Shown here piece by piece: positions 59,757 to 64,000 of a DNA stretch of 64,000 bases. Location of the stretch: contig OZ024742.1 in assembly GCA_964016885.1 (NCBI GenBank), forward strand, positions 198,710,001 to 198,774,000, written 5' to 3'. A model generated the notes under the pieces. It saw nothing but the letters and a program-made list of their open reading frames with translations. It searched no databases and was not told the DNA's origin. Made by a program: the position numbers and the translations under genes. Every line of letters begins with the position of its first letter. Position 1 is the first letter of the stretch. The stretch is from Eledone cirrhosa (lineage: Eukaryota).

Positions 59757-60944
59757 ACTAAAATTAACCAAAACCTTTAATGATCACTTAATAAACCCAG
59801 TAAAGAAAACATAATTCAGAATAAACCATTAAATTCAGAACTACCAATAAAAGGAATTTAACCAAAACAATGCTAGAATCCAAATACCCTGCCCAGTATA
59901 CATTAAAATTCACCATTTGTTCCAAGAACTTAAAATTAGACTAAGTAGATTAGAATTGGAAACTAAAATGTAGAAACAGAACTAAATTAATAATAAAATG
60001 TTATACTGTTATCCACCAACATCTAACCACTATGCTGCTTCAAGCTAAAAGACATGTCTACACTGCCCAACATCAGTAGTTGAAAGCAGGGGCAAAAAAC
60101 TCAAAACCTCTACCACTTCACTAGACAAAAAAAAAACATTTTTTCCACACACAAACATATATTAAGCTGCTAATAAGCATAAAACCTATAAAAAATGCAT
60201 AAAGAATAATGAATAATAGTTAACTTCAGTAGCTTATCTAACATAAAATGAATTAATCATCTACACTGAACTCTTTAAATGTTATATAATACCTATACCA
60301 ACCCACAAGCAGTGCAGACAAAATACAAAAATTATTGCAAATATACACACATACATACAAACATATACACACATAAATACATACAACAACCACCACCACA
60401 AAATAGCAACAACAGCAACCACACAATAACGACAACCACATATACATATATACAATTTCCTCACTGTCCATATTTTTTTCTTGCAGGCATCAACTTGCAA
60501 CTGACTGTTCAAAAGAAGGAAAGTATTAAGAACATTATTATGGCTGGTTTCAGAGAGGTTGAGCTGGCCATACATGCAGAAAATGAAATTTGCAGCTCAC
60601 ATCTATGCAGGTTTATCTGGCCTCCTCTGAAGTTGCAACAGATAAGTTTCTCATGTGTTTTAATGACATGGGCAACACAAAATGAAGTGTCTTGCTCAAG
60701 AACATATGTTGCCTGTTCAATCTTATGATTGTAAGTTCAACACCTTAATCACTAGGTCATGCACTTTCACTCCAAAATGCAACCCGACCAAACTAATAGT
60801 GAAAAATCAAAAACTACATACACCACATATCCACCACATACCACATAAGTATGGCAGTTAGTGGCATTCAAGTCTGTAGTATGTAAAACGTTTCGGAGGT
60901 GCTGAACAGGGCCACTGACAACATTTTTATCGTTGCTGATGGCT

Positions 60945-63184
60945 CACCTTACTTGAAGTTTCAAGTGATGCTCATGAGGTTGTTTGGGTATTCCAGCCAC
61001 TCAACACTGATATCTCCTGACCTTACTGAAGTATCAAGTGATGCTTTTGAGAGCACTTGGCTATTCCAGCACCTTAGCCTTGCTATCACCTGACATTACT
61101 GAAGTATCAGGTGATACTTGCGACAGCACTTGGCTATTCCAGCACCTTAGCCTTGCTATCACCTGACATTACTGAAGTATCAGGTGATACTTGCGACAGC
61201 ACTTGGCTATTCCAGCACCTTAGCCTTGCTATCTCCTGACCTTACTGAAGTATGAGGTGATGCTTGTGACAGCACTTGGCTATTCCAGCACCTTAGCCTT
61301 GCTATCACCTGACATTACTGAAGTATCAGGTGATACTTGCGACAGCACTTGGCTATTCCAGCACCTTAGCCTTGCTATCTCCTGACCTTACTGAAGTATG
61401 AGGTGATGCTTGTGACAGCACTTGGCTATTCCAGCACCTTAGCCTTGCTATCACCTGACATTACTGAAGTATCAGGTGATACTTGCGACAGCACTTGGCT
61501 ATTCCAGCACCTTAGCCTTGCTATCTCCTGACCTTACTGAAGTATGAGGTGATGCTTGTGACAGCACTTGGCTATTCCAGCACCTTAGCCTTGCTATCAC
61601 CTGACATTACTGAAGTATCAGGTGATACTTGCGACAGCACTTGGCTATTCCAGCACCTTAGCCTTGCTATCTCCTGACCTTACTGAAGTATGAGGTGATG
61701 CTTGTGACAGCACTTGGCTATTCCAGCACCTTAGCCTTGCTATCACCTGACATTACTGAAGTATCAGGTGATACTTGCGACAGCACTTGGCTATTCCAGC
61801 ACCTTAGCCTTGCTATCTCCTGACCTTACTGAAGTATGAGGTGATGCTTGTGACAGCACTTAGCTATTCCAGCACCTTAGCCTTGCTATCACCTGACATT
61901 ACTGAAGTATCAGGTGATACTTGCGACAGCACTTGGCTATTCCAGCACCTTAGCCTTGCTATCACCTGACCTTACTGAAGTATGAGGTGATGCTTGTGAC
62001 AGCACTTAGCTATTCCAGCACCTTAGCCTTGCTATCACCTGACATTACTGAAGTATCAGGTGATACTTGCGACAGCACTTGGCTATTCCAGCACCTTAGC
62101 CTTGCTATCACCTGACCTTACTGAAGTATGAGGTGATGCTTGTGACAGCACTTAGCTATTCCAGCACCTTAGCCTTGCTATTACCTGACCTTACTGAAGT
62201 ATGAGGTGATGCTTGTGACAGCACTTAGCTATTCCAGCACCTTAGCCTTGCTATCACCTGACATTACTGAAGTATGAGGTGATGCTTGTGACAGCACTTA
62301 GCTATTCCAGCACCTTAGCCTTGCTATCACCTGACATTACTGAAGTATCAGGTGATACTTGCGACAGCACTTGGCTATTCCAGCACCTTAGCCTTGCTAT
62401 CACCTGACCTTACTGAAGTATGAGGTGATGCTTGTGACAGCACTTAGCTATTCCAGCACCTTAGCCTTGCTATCACCTGACATTACTGAAGTATCAGGTG
62501 ATACTTGCGACAGCACTTGGCTATTCCAGCACCTTAGCCTTGCTATCACCTGACCTTACTGAAGTATGAGGTGATGCTTGTGACAGCACTTAGCTATTCC
62601 AGCACCTTAGCCTTGCTATTACCTGACCTTACTGAAGTATGAGGTGATGCTTGTGACAGCACTTAGCTATTCCAGCACCTTAGCCTTGCTATCACCTGAC
62701 ATTACTGAAGTATCAGGTGATACTTGCGACAGCACTTGGCTATTCCAGCACCTTAGCCTTGCTATCACCTGACCTTACTGAAGTATGAGGTGATGCTTGT
62801 GACAGCACTTAGCTATTCCAGCACCTTAGCCTTGCTATTACCTGACCTTACTGAAGTATCAAGTGATGCTTTTGAGAGCACTTGGCTATTCCAGCACCTT
62901 AGCCTTGCTATCACCTGACATTACTGAAGTATCAGGTGATACTTGCGACAGCACTTGGCTATTCCAGCACCTTAGCCTTGCTATCACCTGACATTACTGA
63001 AGTATCAGGTGATACTTGCGACAGCACTTGGCTATTCCAGCACCTTAGCCTTGCTATCACGTGATACTTGCGACAGCACTTAACTATTCCAGCAACTTAG
63101 CCTTGCTATTACCTGTCCTTACTGAAGTATGAGGTGATGCTTATGAGAGCACTTGGCTATTCCAGCACCTTAGTCTTACTATCA
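60945..63184. repeat. 73-bp tandem array, ~30 units, each with internal hairpins; partial 146-bp higher-order repeat
   Basis: cacttggctattccagcaccttagccttgctatcacctgacattactgaagtatcaggtgatacttgcgacag at 61054, 61127, 61200 and onward. Confidence 0.97.
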
Positions 63185-64000
63185 TTCATGGAAATACTGG
63201 GTGTGTCTTGACTTGGCTTAAAACTTTTTAGAAAGAAACACCTGTTGTAGTGTGTAATTCGATGGGCATGTCTTCTCCCGTTACTTTTTTTCTGAGTAAT
63301 TTCTACTAATTTTTCTTCTTTCACAAATGATAATTTTTGTATAAATCTCAATCAGTAACCTATACCATTCATATCCCAATGATACAAGCCTGGACAGTGT
63401 GGGAAAATACTCTCTGGCATGTAAAAACCTAACTTTGGGTTGATCCAAATCTTGTCAGTGAAAACTGGATAACGAGAAAATGTTTGGATGCCCGTTGAAT
63501 TGACTGTGTCTAATTCAAACAGTCAGAGTTGTCACATATTCTGTCATGCTTATTCTGCTAGAGGGTTATGATAAGAGTACAAGACAAGGATCTGTGGAAT
63601 ACTCAATCACTTACAGAATAATTTAACGAACAGGCATGTCAGTTGATCGAACAGCTGGAACACTCATCGTCGAATCTGACAGAGAATCCCTTTATTTATT
63701 CAGCAACAATAACAAAACACACATGTATATACATACATAACACAAAATGACCATATACACATATATACAAAGAATCTTATCTGAACTAGGCCTACTTAAA
63801 ATGCATGATATTGGGTTGTTCAAAAATTAAGGCAGGTTTTATGTTTGTTTCAACCAAAGTGTGTAAAATTATATATCATTTTTTTGTTTTATTTTATGCT
63901 TTTTCTTTTAATATAAATTACATTTTTGTCAATTTTCAGATCTTTGAAGTTAAGGTGTCAAAACAGAATTTTCGTTCATACGGCTAGAAACACCAACAAA

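Noticed and set aside
60945-63184. CRISPR array, tRNA cluster, coding repeat or hammerhead array
   Set aside because: No unique spacers or cas genes, no tRNA A/B boxes, the unit is not a multiple of 3 and contains stops, and there is no CUGANGA/GAAA core.
63157-63525. Possible - strand terminal exon (..TFSRYPVFTDKIWINPKLGFYMPES..GIGY*) that would place the 73-bp array in a 3'UTR
   Set aside because: Short, no recognisable homology, weak splice acceptor, and adjacent to probable repeat sequence. Needs RNA-seq.

Overview
Eukaryotic, AT-rich, almost entirely repeat-derived non-genic DNA. The SINE, RTE and microsatellite repertoire points to a cephalopod, probably Octopus (inference). I found no convincing host gene, rRNA, tRNA or CRISPR array; most long ORFs in the track are (TA/CA)n artefacts. 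The window holds one near-full-length and many truncated RTE LINEs, whose RT carries an in-frame C4HC3 PHD-type finger. It also holds two CR1-group LINE remnants, a CRE-type endonuclease fragment inside a Helitron-like element, tRNA-derived SINEs sharing 3' tails with the RTEs, TTAA- and TA-flanked MITEs, and very long microsatellites. Three Penelope-like elements (PLEs) are present: two Naiad-like and one Neptune-like. Main highlights: (1) eight type I hammerhead ribozyme motifs, read by eye, from about five sequence families, including non-coding solo or fold-back units sitting in (TA)n; (2) a 2.2 kb array of about 30 73-bp units, each with two hairpins, with an alternating 146-bp higher-order repeat; (3) many near-perfect inverted repeats. 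All calls are by eye, without database searches.
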